A DNA stretch of 64,000 bases, from the NCBI GenBank assembly GCA_037478855.1, contig JBBFLY010000005.1:206-64205 (forward strand), given 5' to 3'. Below the pieces are notes generated by a model. That model did no database searches and had not been told where the DNA came from. It worked only from the letters and a program-made list of their open reading frames with translations. A program made the translations under genes and the position numbers. The stretch is from Acidimicrobiales bacterium (lineage in GTDB: Bacteria; Actinomycetota; Acidimicrobiia; Acidimicrobiales; Acidimicrobilacustridaceae). Below, in pieces: positions 27,785 to 36,579 of this stretch (the stretch's first letter is position 1; the number at the start of each line of letters is the position of its first letter).

Positions 27785-28879
27785 TCAGGCGGGGTTCAGC
27801 ACGAGATCGGCAACCCGTTCCCGGTGGATGCCGTGGTAGCCGAACAACAGATCGTTCTGCTTCGCCCGCCGGTAGTGCAGGTGCGCGTCGCAGTCCCAGG
27901 TGAAGCCCACGCCGCCGTGGATCTGGATGCACTCCGCCGCCACCAGGTTCGCGGACTCCGGCACGTAGGCCTTCGCCATGGCGGCCGCCTCGGCACGCAC
28001 CGGATCCTCGGCGTCGGAGGCCCACGCCGCGTAGTGCGTACCCACCCTCGACAGCTCGATGCGGTGCAGCATGTCGACCGCCTTGTGCCTGATGACCTGG
28101 AAGGTGGCGATCGGCCGGTCGAACTGCACCCGGACCTTCGCGTACTCGACCGCGAGATCGTGCGCCGCTTCCATCGAGCCCACCAGCTCCGCACACAGGG
28201 CCACGCTGGCGTCGTCGACCACCCGCCGCCAGATGCCGGTCTGATCGCCGTCGGGCCCCACCGGCTCCGCGGGCGTGTCGCGGAGCTCGAGTCGAGCCAC
28301 CTTGCGGGTGAGATCCCAGGTGGGGACCAGCTGCGCCTGCGGCGCCTCGACGACGAAGGTGCCGATCCCCTCCTGCGTGCGCGCGACCACGAGCACCCAG
28401 TCCGCCGTGTGCCCGTCCAGCACCACCGGTTTGGTGCCGTTGAGCAGCCAGCGCCCCGTCTTGCGGCTGGCCCAGGTCCGCACCCGGTCCACGACGTCAC
28501 CGTGACCGGGCTCGTCGAGGGCCACCGTCCCCAGGGTGGTGCCCGACGCCAGCGACGCCAGATGATCCCCGAGCCCGAGGTGGCGGGCTGCGAGCGTGGC
28601 GAGGACCGCTGACGAGAAGAACGGGCCCGGGAACACCACGCGTCCCATCTCCTCCATCAGCACCACCAGGTCGACCATGCCGAGGCCGAGCCCACCGTGT
28701 GCCTCGGGCACCAGGACGCCGGTCCAACCGAGCTCGACGAGCTGCCGCCAGACGTCGTCGGTGACGCCTCGCTCGTCGTCCATCATCGAGCGGACGTAGG
28801 CGGGTGGGCTCTCCGCGGCGAGGAACGATCTCACCGCGTCGCGCAGCTGGTCCTGCTCGGCGCTGAAGGTGAACTCCAT
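27785..28879 (-). CDS. Acyl-CoA dehydrogenase family protein, short type (candidate non-catalytic partner subunit)
   Basis: Within track ORF 27785..29983. The start is MEFTFSAEQDQLRDAVRSFL (ATG 28879, in frame), followed by ...FQVIRHKAVDM...QIHGGVGFTWDCDAHLHYRRAK. It is a paralogue of 22919..24004. Confidence 0.8.
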   Translation of the reverse strand: MEFTFSAEQDQLRDAVRSFLAAESPPAYVRSMMDDERGVTDDVWRQLVELGWTGVLVPEAHGGLGLGMVDLVVLMEEMGRVVFPGPFFSSAVLATLAARHLGLGDHLASLASGTTLGTVALDEPGHGDVVDRVRTWASRKTGRWLLNGTKPVVLDGHTADWVLVVARTQEGIGTFVVEAPQAQLVPTWDLTRKVARLELRDTPAEPVGPDGDQTGIWRRVVDDASVALCAELVGSMEAAHDLAVEYAKVRVQFDRPIATFQVIRHKAVDMLHRIELSRVGTHYAAWASDAEDPVRAEAAAMAKAYVPESANLVAAECIQIHGGVGFTWDCDAHLHYRRAKQNDLLFGYHGIHRERVADLVLNPA

Positions 28880-28938
28880 GGGTGGCGACCTCACGGGTGG
28901 GCGGTGTGGCGGTCTCGCGTGCCGCGGGCGACGGAGAA

Positions 28939-28958
28939 ACCTGACACGGATGTTAGTT
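28939..28958. promoter_or_regulatory. Palindromic operator box 8: acc TGACA cgga TGTTA gtt (one core mismatch)
   Basis: Lies in the divergent region between the short ACAD (start 28879, -) and the long ACAD (ATG 28967, +), ending 9 bp before the latter. Confidence 0.6.
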
Positions 28959-28966
28959 TTCTCGGT

Positions 28967-30184
28967 ATGGACTTCGCCTACACGGCTGAGGACGAGGCGT
29001 TCCGGGCCGAGCTCACCAGCTGGCTGGACGAGAACCTCGAGAAGTTCCTCGCCGAACATCCCCACGACGACGGTGACGACGCGGCCGGGCCGGGCGGGGG
29101 CGGGATCATGGCCGCCATGGAGCGTCGGCGGGCCTGGCAGCGCAAGCTGAACGAGGGCCGCTGGGCCGCGATCAGCTGGCCCGAGGAGTGGGGGGGCCGG
29201 AACGCCACGGTCACCCAGAACGTCATCTACGCCGAGACCATGGCGCGCTACCGAACCCCTGGCATCTACAACGCCAACGGTCTGTGGCAGATCGGCCCCA
29301 TGATCATCCGCTGGGGCACCGAGGAGCAGAAGCAGCGCTGGGTCCCGAACATCCTCAACGCGGACGACCACTGGTGCCAGGGCTTCTCCGAGCCTGAGGC
29401 CGGCAGCGACCTCGCGAACCTCCGCACCTTGGCGGTGCGCGACGGCGACGACTACGTGGTGAACGGGCAGAAGATCTGGATCTCCAGCGCCCACATCGCC
29501 AAGTGGGGCCTGTTCCTGGTTCGCACCGATCCGAACGCCATCGCCGAGGGACGCAAGCATGAGGGGATCACCGCGCTGATCGTCGACTTGCAGACCCCCG
29601 GCATCGAGGTGCACCCCATCCGGGACATCGCGGGCGAGGAGATGTTCTGCGAGGTGCTCTTCCACGACGCACGGGTGCCGGTCGCCCACCGCCTCGGTGG
29701 CGAGGGGGAGGGTTGGCTGGTGGCCATGGGCACCCTGGGCTCCGAGCGGGTGGGCACTGCGGGGCTGGCGATCGGCATGCGATCCGATCTGGACGCCATG
29801 ATCAACCTTGCCAAGGCGGTGAACCCGGCGGCGCTCGATGATCCTGAGATCCGGCAACGCATCGCCCGCGCTCACACCGAGATCGAGTACACGAAGCTGC
29901 TCAACTACCGGGCCCTCTCGAAGATCCTGAAGAACGAGAAGAACTGGCCCGAGGTGCCGCTCGCCAAGCTCCAGTGGAGCCACCTGGCGCAGAGCCTCGC
30001 GGAGCTTGCGGTCGACTTGCTCGGCCCCTACGGGATGATGGCCAAGGGCGGCCCCGATGCGGTCGACGGTGGGGCCTGGAACCGGCTGTACGTGTTCCAG
30101 CGCTACACGTCGATCGGCGCCGGCACCACCGAGGTGCAGAAGAACATCATCGCGGACAAGGCGATCAAGCTCCCCCGCAGGTGA
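28967..30184 (+). CDS. Acyl-CoA dehydrogenase (long type)
   Basis: Within track ORF 28697..30184. The start is MDFAYTAEDEAFRAELTSWLDENL. Motifs seen: WPEEWGGRN, CQGFSEPEAGSDLANL, TLGSERVG, IGAGTTEVQKNIIADKAIKLPRR. Confidence 0.85.
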   Translation: MDFAYTAEDEAFRAELTSWLDENLEKFLAEHPHDDGDDAAGPGGGGIMAAMERRRAWQRKLNEGRWAAISWPEEWGGRNATVTQNVIYAETMARYRTPGIYNANGLWQIGPMIIRWGTEEQKQRWVPNILNADDHWCQGFSEPEAGSDLANLRTLAVRDGDDYVVNGQKIWISSAHIAKWGLFLVRTDPNAIAEGRKHEGITALIVDLQTPGIEVHPIRDIAGEEMFCEVLFHDARVPVAHRLGGEGEGWLVAMGTLGSERVGTAGLAIGMRSDLDAMINLAKAVNPAALDDPEIRQRIARAHTEIEYTKLLNYRALSKILKNEKNWPEVPLAKLQWSHLAQSLAELAVDLLGPYGMMAKGGPDAVDGGAWNRLYVFQRYTSIGAGTTEVQKNIIADKAIKLPRR

Positions 30185-30196
30185 CCCCGCTCGGGA

Positions 30197-31381
30197 TCAC
30201 CCCAGGCGCTCGATCACCGTGGCGTTCGCCTGGCCGCCACCTTCGCACATGGTCTGGAAGCCCAGTCGGCCGCCGGTGACCTCGAGGTGGTTGAGCAGGG
30301 TGGTCATGAGGCGGATGCCGCTCGCCCCCAGGGGGTGGCCGAGCGCGATGGCCCCACCACGGGGGTTGTACCGCTCGGGATCGGGCTGGAACTCCCGGGC
30401 CCACATGAGCGCGATGGCTGCGAACGCCTCGTTGCACTCGATGGCGTCGAAGTCCCCGATCGACAGGCCCGTGCGGTCGAGCAGCTTGCGGGTGACCGGG
30501 TTGGGTGCCGAGAGCACCAGGACCGCGTCGTCAGCGCCGACCACCATGTGCCTGATGCGGGCCCGCACCGGGAGCCCCAGAGCCTCCGCGACGGACCGGT
30601 CGGCGATGAGCATGGCGGACGCGCCGTCGCTCATCTGCGAGGAGTTCCCGGCAGTGATGTCAGGGGCGATCGAAGGGTCCCACCTGGCGGCGCTCTCGAG
30701 CCCGGCCAGGACCTCCAGGGTGGTCCCGGGGCGGATGCCCTCGTCGACGGTGAGCAGCTCGCCGGTCTCCCGACCCTCCTCGTCCTTGACGGGGACCGGG
30801 ATGATCTCCCGCTCGAAGTGTCCGCTCACCGTGCTCTCGTGGGCCCGCTGGTGGCTGCGCACCGCGTACTCATCCATCTCCTCGCGGCTGATGCCGAACC
30901 TGCGGGCCAGGATCTGTGCCACCTCGAACTGGGTCATCAGCTGTCCGTCGCAGGCGTCGAGGAAGGCCGGGGAGAACGGACCGCGACCACCTGCGGCGTT
31001 GGAGGCCATCGGCGCCCGGGTCATCGACTCCACCCCGCAGGCGATGGCGAGGTCGTAGCCGCCAGCGATCACCCCCTGAGCGGCGAAGTGCACCGCCTGC
31101 TGCGACGAGCCGCACTGGCGGTCGACGGTGGTGGCCGCCACCGACTGCGGAAGCCCGGCGGCGACCCACGCGTTGCGGGTGACGTTGCAGCCCTGCTCCC
31201 CGACCTGCGTCACACAGCCGCCGATGACGTCGTCGATGCGCTCGGGATCGACCCCGGTACGGTCGAGCAGTGCCTGCAGCGTGTGAGCCAACAGGTCGGT
31301 GGGGTGCCAGCCGGCGAGCGCGCCCTTGCGCTTACCGATCGGTGTGCGGACGGCGTCGACGATCACGGCTTCCCGGGTCAT
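30197..31381 (-). CDS. Acetyl-CoA C-acyltransferase (thiolase)
   Basis: Track ORF 30197..31417. The likely start is MTREAVIVDAVRTPIGKRKG (ATG 31381). It has VDRQCGSSQQAV and the C-terminal MCEGGGQANATVIERL. The longer start (31417) sits inside operator box 9. Confidence 0.85.
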   Translation of the reverse strand: MTREAVIVDAVRTPIGKRKGALAGWHPTDLLAHTLQALLDRTGVDPERIDDVIGGCVTQVGEQGCNVTRNAWVAAGLPQSVAATTVDRQCGSSQQAVHFAAQGVIAGGYDLAIACGVESMTRAPMASNAAGGRGPFSPAFLDACDGQLMTQFEVAQILARRFGISREEMDEYAVRSHQRAHESTVSGHFEREIIPVPVKDEEGRETGELLTVDEGIRPGTTLEVLAGLESAARWDPSIAPDITAGNSSQMSDGASAMLIADRSVAEALGLPVRARIRHMVVGADDAVLVLSAPNPVTRKLLDRTGLSIGDFDAIECNEAFAAIALMWAREFQPDPERYNPRGGAIALGHPLGASGIRLMTTLLNHLEVTGGRLGFQTMCEGGGQANATVIERLG

Positions 31382-31408
31382 GCGCGCAGCGTAGCGAAGG
31401 CCGCTGCT

Positions 31409-31428
31409 AACTGACATGAGCGTCAGGT
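31409..31428. promoter_or_regulatory. Palindromic operator box 9: aac TGACA tgag CGTCA ggt, followed by an extra half-site (aaGGTCAGG)
   Basis: Lies in the 58-bp divergent region between the thiolase (31381, -) and the ADP-forming acyl-CoA synthetase (31440, +). Confidence 0.7.
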
Positions 31429-31439
31429 AAGGTCAGGCC

Positions 31440-33584
31440 ATGACCGACGCACCGACCGACGTGACGGGCCGGCCGACCGCGCTCCGCCAGCTCGACCTCG
31501 ACACCTTCTTCCGGCCGAGGACCGTCGCCGTCATCGGCGCCAGCGACTCCCCCGGGCGGCCGAACAGCGCGATGTGGCGCAAGATCCGCCAGTGGGCCGA
31601 GCAGTCGGGTGCGGCCTGCTACCCCGTCAACCCGAACCGGGACGAGGTCGACGGGGTTCGCTGCTACCGGTCGGTGCTCGACATCCCCGACGACCTGGAC
31701 CTGGCCGCGATCCTCGTCGGCAACGCGGTCGAGATGTTCGAGACCGTGCTCGAGAAGAAGCCCCGGTTCGCGGTGATCTTCGCCGCGGGCTTCAACGAGG
31801 TCGGCCCCGAGGGTGAGGCACTGCAGCGACGGCTCGAGGAGCTGATCGCCACCGGCAGCACCCACGTGCTCGGCCCGAACACGAACCTCAACGCCTTCGA
31901 GACCTTCCGTGACCTGCCGCCACCGAAGATCGCGCTGATCACCCAGAGCGGCCATCAGGGCCGACCCGTGTTCCAGGCCCAGGAGCAGGGCATCGCGCTC
32001 TCGCACTGGGCGCCCACGGGCAACGAAGCCGACCTCGAGCTGGCGGACTTCGCGGCCTACTTCGTCGACCAGCCAGAGGTGGGCGTGGTCGCCGCCTACG
32101 TCGAAGGCTTCAAGGACGGTCGCACGCTCATGCTCGCCGCGGACCGAGCGATCAGGGCCGGCAAGCCGATGGTGATGGTGAAGGTCGGTCGGACCGACGA
32201 GGGTCGATCGATGGCCCGATCGCACACCGGGCATCTCACCGGCTCCGACGCGGTGGTCTCGGCGGTGTTCCGGCAGTTCGGCATCGTCCGGGTCGATGGG
32301 CTCGACGAGCTCACCGACGTGGCTGCCACCTTCGCCCGGACCAGGCCGCCCGCGAACCCGGGTCGGCGCAACGTGTGCATCTACGCCATCTCCGGTGGGA
32401 CCGGGGCGCACATGGCCGACCTCGTCGCCGGAGCCGGTCTCGAGCTGGCCGAGCTCAGCGCGAAGAGCCAGAAGGCGCTACGGGAGTGGATCCCCGGGTA
32501 CCTGCGGGTCTCGAACCCCGTCGACACCGGCGGCGCGCCCTCCGCCGACGACCGTGGCCCGAAGATCGTGCAGACCATCCTCGAAGACCCGAACGTGGAC
32601 CTGCTGATCTGTCCCATCACCGGAGCACTGGAGTCGATCAGCCGCCCCATGGCTCAGAGCCTGGTGGACGCGGCGGAACGGACTGACAAGCCCATCCTGG
32701 TCGTGTGGGGATCACCCGACAGCACCGACCCCGTCTACACGGAGGTGCTGCTCGGCTCACGGCTGCCTGTGTACCGCACGTTCCACAACTGCGTGCTCGC
32801 AGCTCGCGCCTACTTCGACTACCACGAGCACCGAACCCGGTACCGCTCTCCGTTCGCCAGGCCGGTGACCCGGCGCTCGCCCGCAGCAGCCAGGACCCGA
32901 CCGCTGTTGGAGCTGGGGCGGGCGCTGAGCGAGCACGAGTCCAAGCAGCTGCTCGCCGCCTACGACATCCCGGTCACCCGCGACCTCCTCGCCACCTCAG
33001 CGACCGAAGCCGCCCGGGCGGCACGCTTGATCGGCTTCCCGGTGGTCATGAAGCTCAGCTCACCTGATCTCCTCCACAAGTCCGACCTGGGGCTGGTGCG
33101 CGTCGGGCTGCGCAACGCCAGCGAGGTGAGACGGGCGTTCACGGAGCTGGTCGCCGCCGCCCGCGCGGCGGACCGGAGGGCCATCATCGACGGCGTGCTG
33201 GTCTCCGAGCTGATCAGCGGCGGCATCGAGACCGTCATCGGGGTGTCGCAGGACGAGCTGTTCGGGCCGGTGATCATGTTCGGTCTCGGGGGGGTGTTCG
33301 TGGAGGTCTTCAACGACGTCACCTTCCGGGTGCCGCCCTTCGACCGGGATGAGGCGCTGCGGATGGTGCGGGAGGTCAAGGGCTTCAAGCTCCTCCAGGG
33401 GGTACGGGGACACAAGCCCGCTGACGTGCGCGCGCTGGTCGAGGTCATCATGAAGGTGCAGCGGATGGCCGTGGACCACGCGCACTGCCTGGTCGAGCTC
33501 GACATCAACCCGCTCGTCGTGAGGCCGAGGGGCCAGGGAGCGGTGGCGCTCGACGCGCTGGCGGTCCCCCGCTCGGTCGGCTGA
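31440..33584 (+). CDS. ADP-forming (NDP-forming) acyl-CoA synthetase, fused alpha/beta (CoA-binding, succinyl-CoA-synthetase-like and ATP-grasp domains)
   Basis: 714 aa with FFRPRTVAVIGASDSPGRPNS...YPVNPNRDEV, GPNTNLNAF, MARSHTGHLTGSD and a C-terminal ATP-grasp part (LSEHESKQLLAAYDIPV...GFPVVMKL). Confidence 0.8.
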   Translation: MTDAPTDVTGRPTALRQLDLDTFFRPRTVAVIGASDSPGRPNSAMWRKIRQWAEQSGAACYPVNPNRDEVDGVRCYRSVLDIPDDLDLAAILVGNAVEMFETVLEKKPRFAVIFAAGFNEVGPEGEALQRRLEELIATGSTHVLGPNTNLNAFETFRDLPPPKIALITQSGHQGRPVFQAQEQGIALSHWAPTGNEADLELADFAAYFVDQPEVGVVAAYVEGFKDGRTLMLAADRAIRAGKPMVMVKVGRTDEGRSMARSHTGHLTGSDAVVSAVFRQFGIVRVDGLDELTDVAATFARTRPPANPGRRNVCIYAISGGTGAHMADLVAGAGLELAELSAKSQKALREWIPGYLRVSNPVDTGGAPSADDRGPKIVQTILEDPNVDLLICPITGALESISRPMAQSLVDAAERTDKPILVVWGSPDSTDPVYTEVLLGSRLPVYRTFHNCVLAARAYFDYHEHRTRYRSPFARPVTRRSPAAARTRPLLELGRALSEHESKQLLAAYDIPVTRDLLATSATEAARAARLIGFPVVMKLSSPDLLHKSDLGLVRVGLRNASEVRRAFTELVAAARAADRRAIIDGVLVSELISGGIETVIGVSQDELFGPVIMFGLGGVFVEVFNDVTFRVPPFDRDEALRMVREVKGFKLLQGVRGHKPADVRALVEVIMKVQRMAVDHAHCLVELDINPLVVRPRGQGAVALDALAVPRSVG

Positions 33585-33602
33585 GACCGCACGGAGACGC
33601 CG

Positions 33603-34766
33603 ATGGCCTCCTCGGTGATCAAGGACGCCACTGCCATCGTGGGAGTCGGTCAGACCGCGTTCGCCAAGAGCCTCCCCCAGAGCGAGAAGCGGCTCGCGCT
33701 CGACGCCATCCTCCTGGCGCTCGACGACGCGGGCGTCGACCCGTCGGAGGTGGACGGGCTCGTGTCCTACACGCTCGAGACCACCGAGGAGATCGAGATC
33801 GCCCGCAACCTCGGCACGGGCGACATCACCTTCTTCAGCCAGGTTGGCTACGGCGGCGGCGCCGGCTGCGCGGTGGTTGGCCAGGCGGCCATGGCGGTCG
33901 CCACCGGCCAGTGCACGGTCGCGGTGGCCTGGCGCTCGCGCAAGCGGGGAGCGGCGACCGCGCGGCCGTGGGCGGGCGTCCCGACGCGGGTGCGGGGCAA
34001 CCAGCAGTGGTCGCGACCATGGGGGCTGCTGCGCCCGGTGGACGAGATCGCCATGCTCGCCCGTCGCTACCTGCACGTCTACGGCGCGACCCGCGACCAC
34101 CTGGCGAACGTCGCGATCGCGTTCCGCAAGCACGCGAACCGCAACCCAGCGGCGATGATGCACGACAAGCCGTTGACTCGCGACGACTACTTCGCCGCCC
34201 GGTGGATCTCGGAGCCGCTCTGCCTGTTCGACAACTGCCTCGAGTCCGACGGCGCCGGCGCGGTGGTGATCACGAGTGCGCGCCGCGCCCGCGATCTCCG
34301 GCGGACACCCGTCCTGGTGCACGGCTTCGCGCAGTCCATCCCCAAACAGCACCAGACCATGACCAACTACTTCTGTGAGGACCCGCTGCTCGGCCCCTCG
34401 TGGGCGTGCGCGCAGCTGCTCTGGAGACACGCGGACTTCGGGCCTGGTGACGTCGACGTGGCCCAGCTCTACGACGCGTTCTCGCCACTCATCCCGCTCT
34501 CGCTCGAGGGCTACGGCTTCTGTGGCCGGGGCGAGGGAGCAGCCTTTACCGAGGACGGCAACCTCGAGTGGGACCGGGGGTCGCTCCCCACGAACACCTC
34601 CGGTGGTGGCATGAGCGAGGCCTACGTGCACGGCTTCAACCTGATCGTCGAAGGCGTCCGGCAGTTGCGCGGCGAGTCCTACTGCCAGGTCGACGGTGCT
34701 GAGACGTGCCTGGTGACGAGCGGTGAGGGTGTCCCGACGAGCGCGCTGCTGCTGCGACGCGGATGA
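33603..34766 (+). CDS. Thiolase-like lipid-transfer protein (Ltp/SCP-x-type thiolase or retro-aldolase)
   Basis: 387 aa with AIVGVGQTAFAKSLPQSEKRLALDAILLALDDAGV, CLESDGAGAVVITS and NTSGGGMSEAYVHGFN. Confidence 0.75.
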   Translation: MASSVIKDATAIVGVGQTAFAKSLPQSEKRLALDAILLALDDAGVDPSEVDGLVSYTLETTEEIEIARNLGTGDITFFSQVGYGGGAGCAVVGQAAMAVATGQCTVAVAWRSRKRGAATARPWAGVPTRVRGNQQWSRPWGLLRPVDEIAMLARRYLHVYGATRDHLANVAIAFRKHANRNPAAMMHDKPLTRDDYFAARWISEPLCLFDNCLESDGAGAVVITSARRARDLRRTPVLVHGFAQSIPKQHQTMTNYFCEDPLLGPSWACAQLLWRHADFGPGDVDVAQLYDAFSPLIPLSLEGYGFCGRGEGAAFTEDGNLEWDRGSLPTNTSGGGMSEAYVHGFNLIVEGVRQLRGESYCQVDGAETCLVTSGEGVPTSALLLRRG

Positions 34767-34803
34767 GCGAGACAGGGATGTCGGCGATGACGGAGGGACA
34801 GAC

Positions 34804-35244
34804 GTGAGCGCCGGTCCGCTGCTGCCCGAGATCGACGAGGACTCCGCCCCCTTCTGGGAGGGGTGCCTGCGGGGCGAGCTGCGGGTGCAGGCCTGCGCCC
34901 GGTGTGGACGCCGGCGCATGCCACCGCGTCCCCTGTGCCCCTGGTGCCGCAGCTTCGACGCCCGCTGGGAGCCCATGTCGGGTCGGGGCAGCGTCTGGTC
35001 GTTCGTCGTGGCCCATCCGCCGCTGCTGCCCGCGTACGCCGAGCAGGCGCCGTACAACGTGGTCGTGGTGGCCCTCGACGACGATCCGAGCATCCGGCTG
35101 GTCGGCAACCTCGTGGCCCGTGCCGATGGTCCGATCGGCGAGATCGACCCGGCCACCATCCGCATCGGCGAGCCGGTGGAGGTGGTCTTCGAACGGGTGG
35201 CCGAGGACGTCGCGCTGCCCCGCTGGGTGCGGCGGGTGGGCTGA
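34804..35244 (+). CDS. DUF35 OB-fold / zinc-ribbon protein (partner of Ltp-type thiolases)
   Basis: GTG 34804 is preceded by GGAGGG. It has APFWEGCLRGELRVQACARCGRRRMPPRPLCPWC (Cys4 ribbon) followed by an OB-fold-like part VWSFVVAHPP...YNVVVVALDD. Confidence 0.7.
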   Translation: MSAGPLLPEIDEDSAPFWEGCLRGELRVQACARCGRRRMPPRPLCPWCRSFDARWEPMSGRGSVWSFVVAHPPLLPAYAEQAPYNVVVVALDDDPSIRLVGNLVARADGPIGEIDPATIRIGEPVEVVFERVAEDVALPRWVRRVG

Positions 35245-35265
35245 GCGGAGATCGTCCCGGTCGGG

Positions 35266-36561
35266 TCAGTCGGCCCCCGCGGGGCTCACCCTGGTGCGGT
35301 TGGCCAGATCGATGATGCGGATGGGCTCGCTTGGCCGCTCGTAGCGGGCTCCGGAGCTTCTCGGACTGACGTCGACTCCCTCGGCCTCGGCTCGCAGCGC
35401 CCCAACCGTGCACCGCTCGCGCGGTCGCACCGAGAACGGGTCGTAGTGGAAGATCCGCATCGCGTTGAGGTGGGTGATGCGGTCGACCTCCTCTTGGGGG
35501 ACACCTGCCAGGCTCTTGGCGAGCGTCTCCGGTGAGTGCGGCCAAGTGGAGTCGGAGTGGGGGTAGTCGCACTCCCAGGTGATCAGGTCAAGGTTGAGGT
35601 GGTGGCGGTTCTCGATCCCGAAGGCGTCGTCGATGAAGCAGGTGACGATGCGCTCGGCGAACAGCTCGCTCGGCAGCTTGCCGAGGTCATGGCCGGTCCA
35701 GAGTCGGTGGTGCTGGTAGACGTAGTCGACCCGCTCCAGGAAGTAGGGAATCCAACCGATGCCGCCCTCCGAGAGCGCGAACCGCAGACGGGGGAACTCC
35801 TGGAGCACCCGTGACCAGAGCAGATCCGCAGCTGCCTGCACGATGTTCATGGGTTGCAGCGTGATCATCACGTTGATCGGCGCTTCGACGGAGGTGATCA
35901 CCAGCTGGGAGGACGAGCCGATGTGCAGGCAGATCACCGTCTCGGTCTCCTCGCACGCGGCCCAGAAGGGATCCCAGTGCGGGTTGTGGAACGACGGGTA
36001 GCCGAGCTTCTCAGGGTTCTCGGAGAAGGTCACCGCATGACAGCCCTTGGCCGCCATGCGCCGCACCTCAGCGGCGGCGAGCTCAGGGTCCCACAGCACC
36101 GGTAGGGCCAGGGGGATGAACCGTCCGGGGAACGTGCCGCACCACTCCTCCACGTGCCAGTCGTTGTAGGCCTGCAGCATGGCGAGCCCGACGTCCTTGT
36201 CCTCGGTACGGGCGAACAGCTGGCCACAGAACTGCGGGAAGGAGGGGAAGCACATCGACCCGAGCACGCCGTTCGCGTTCATGTCGTCGATGCGCTTGCG
36301 GATGTCGTAGCAGCCTTCCCGCATCTCGGAGAAGGCCGTCGGCTCGATCCCGTACTCCTCAGGCGGTCGGCCGGAGACCGCGTTCAGCCCGATGTTGGGA
36401 AGCTGCTGCCCCTCGTAGAGCCACACGTCGGAGCCGTCCTCGGTGGTGATGACCCGCGGCGCGAACGGCTCGTACTTCTTCGGCAGGCGACCTTCGAACA
36501 GGTCAGGCGGCTCGACCACGTGGTCGTCCACGCTCACGAGGATCAGGTCCTCCACACGCAT
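35266..36561 (-). CDS. Amidohydrolase_2 family protein, paralogue 2
   Basis: 431 aa with MRVEDLILVSVDDHVVEPPDLFEGRLP and ECDYPHSDSTWP. It is collinear with 5714..6910. Confidence 0.8.
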   Translation of the reverse strand: MRVEDLILVSVDDHVVEPPDLFEGRLPKKYEPFAPRVITTEDGSDVWLYEGQQLPNIGLNAVSGRPPEEYGIEPTAFSEMREGCYDIRKRIDDMNANGVLGSMCFPSFPQFCGQLFARTEDKDVGLAMLQAYNDWHVEEWCGTFPGRFIPLALPVLWDPELAAAEVRRMAAKGCHAVTFSENPEKLGYPSFHNPHWDPFWAACEETETVICLHIGSSSQLVITSVEAPINVMITLQPMNIVQAAADLLWSRVLQEFPRLRFALSEGGIGWIPYFLERVDYVYQHHRLWTGHDLGKLPSELFAERIVTCFIDDAFGIENRHHLNLDLITWECDYPHSDSTWPHSPETLAKSLAGVPQEEVDRITHLNAMRIFHYDPFSVRPRERCTVGALRAEAEGVDVSPRSSGARYERPSEPIRIIDLANRTRVSPAGAD

Positions 36562-36579
36562 CGTGGAGCCTCCTTGCTC

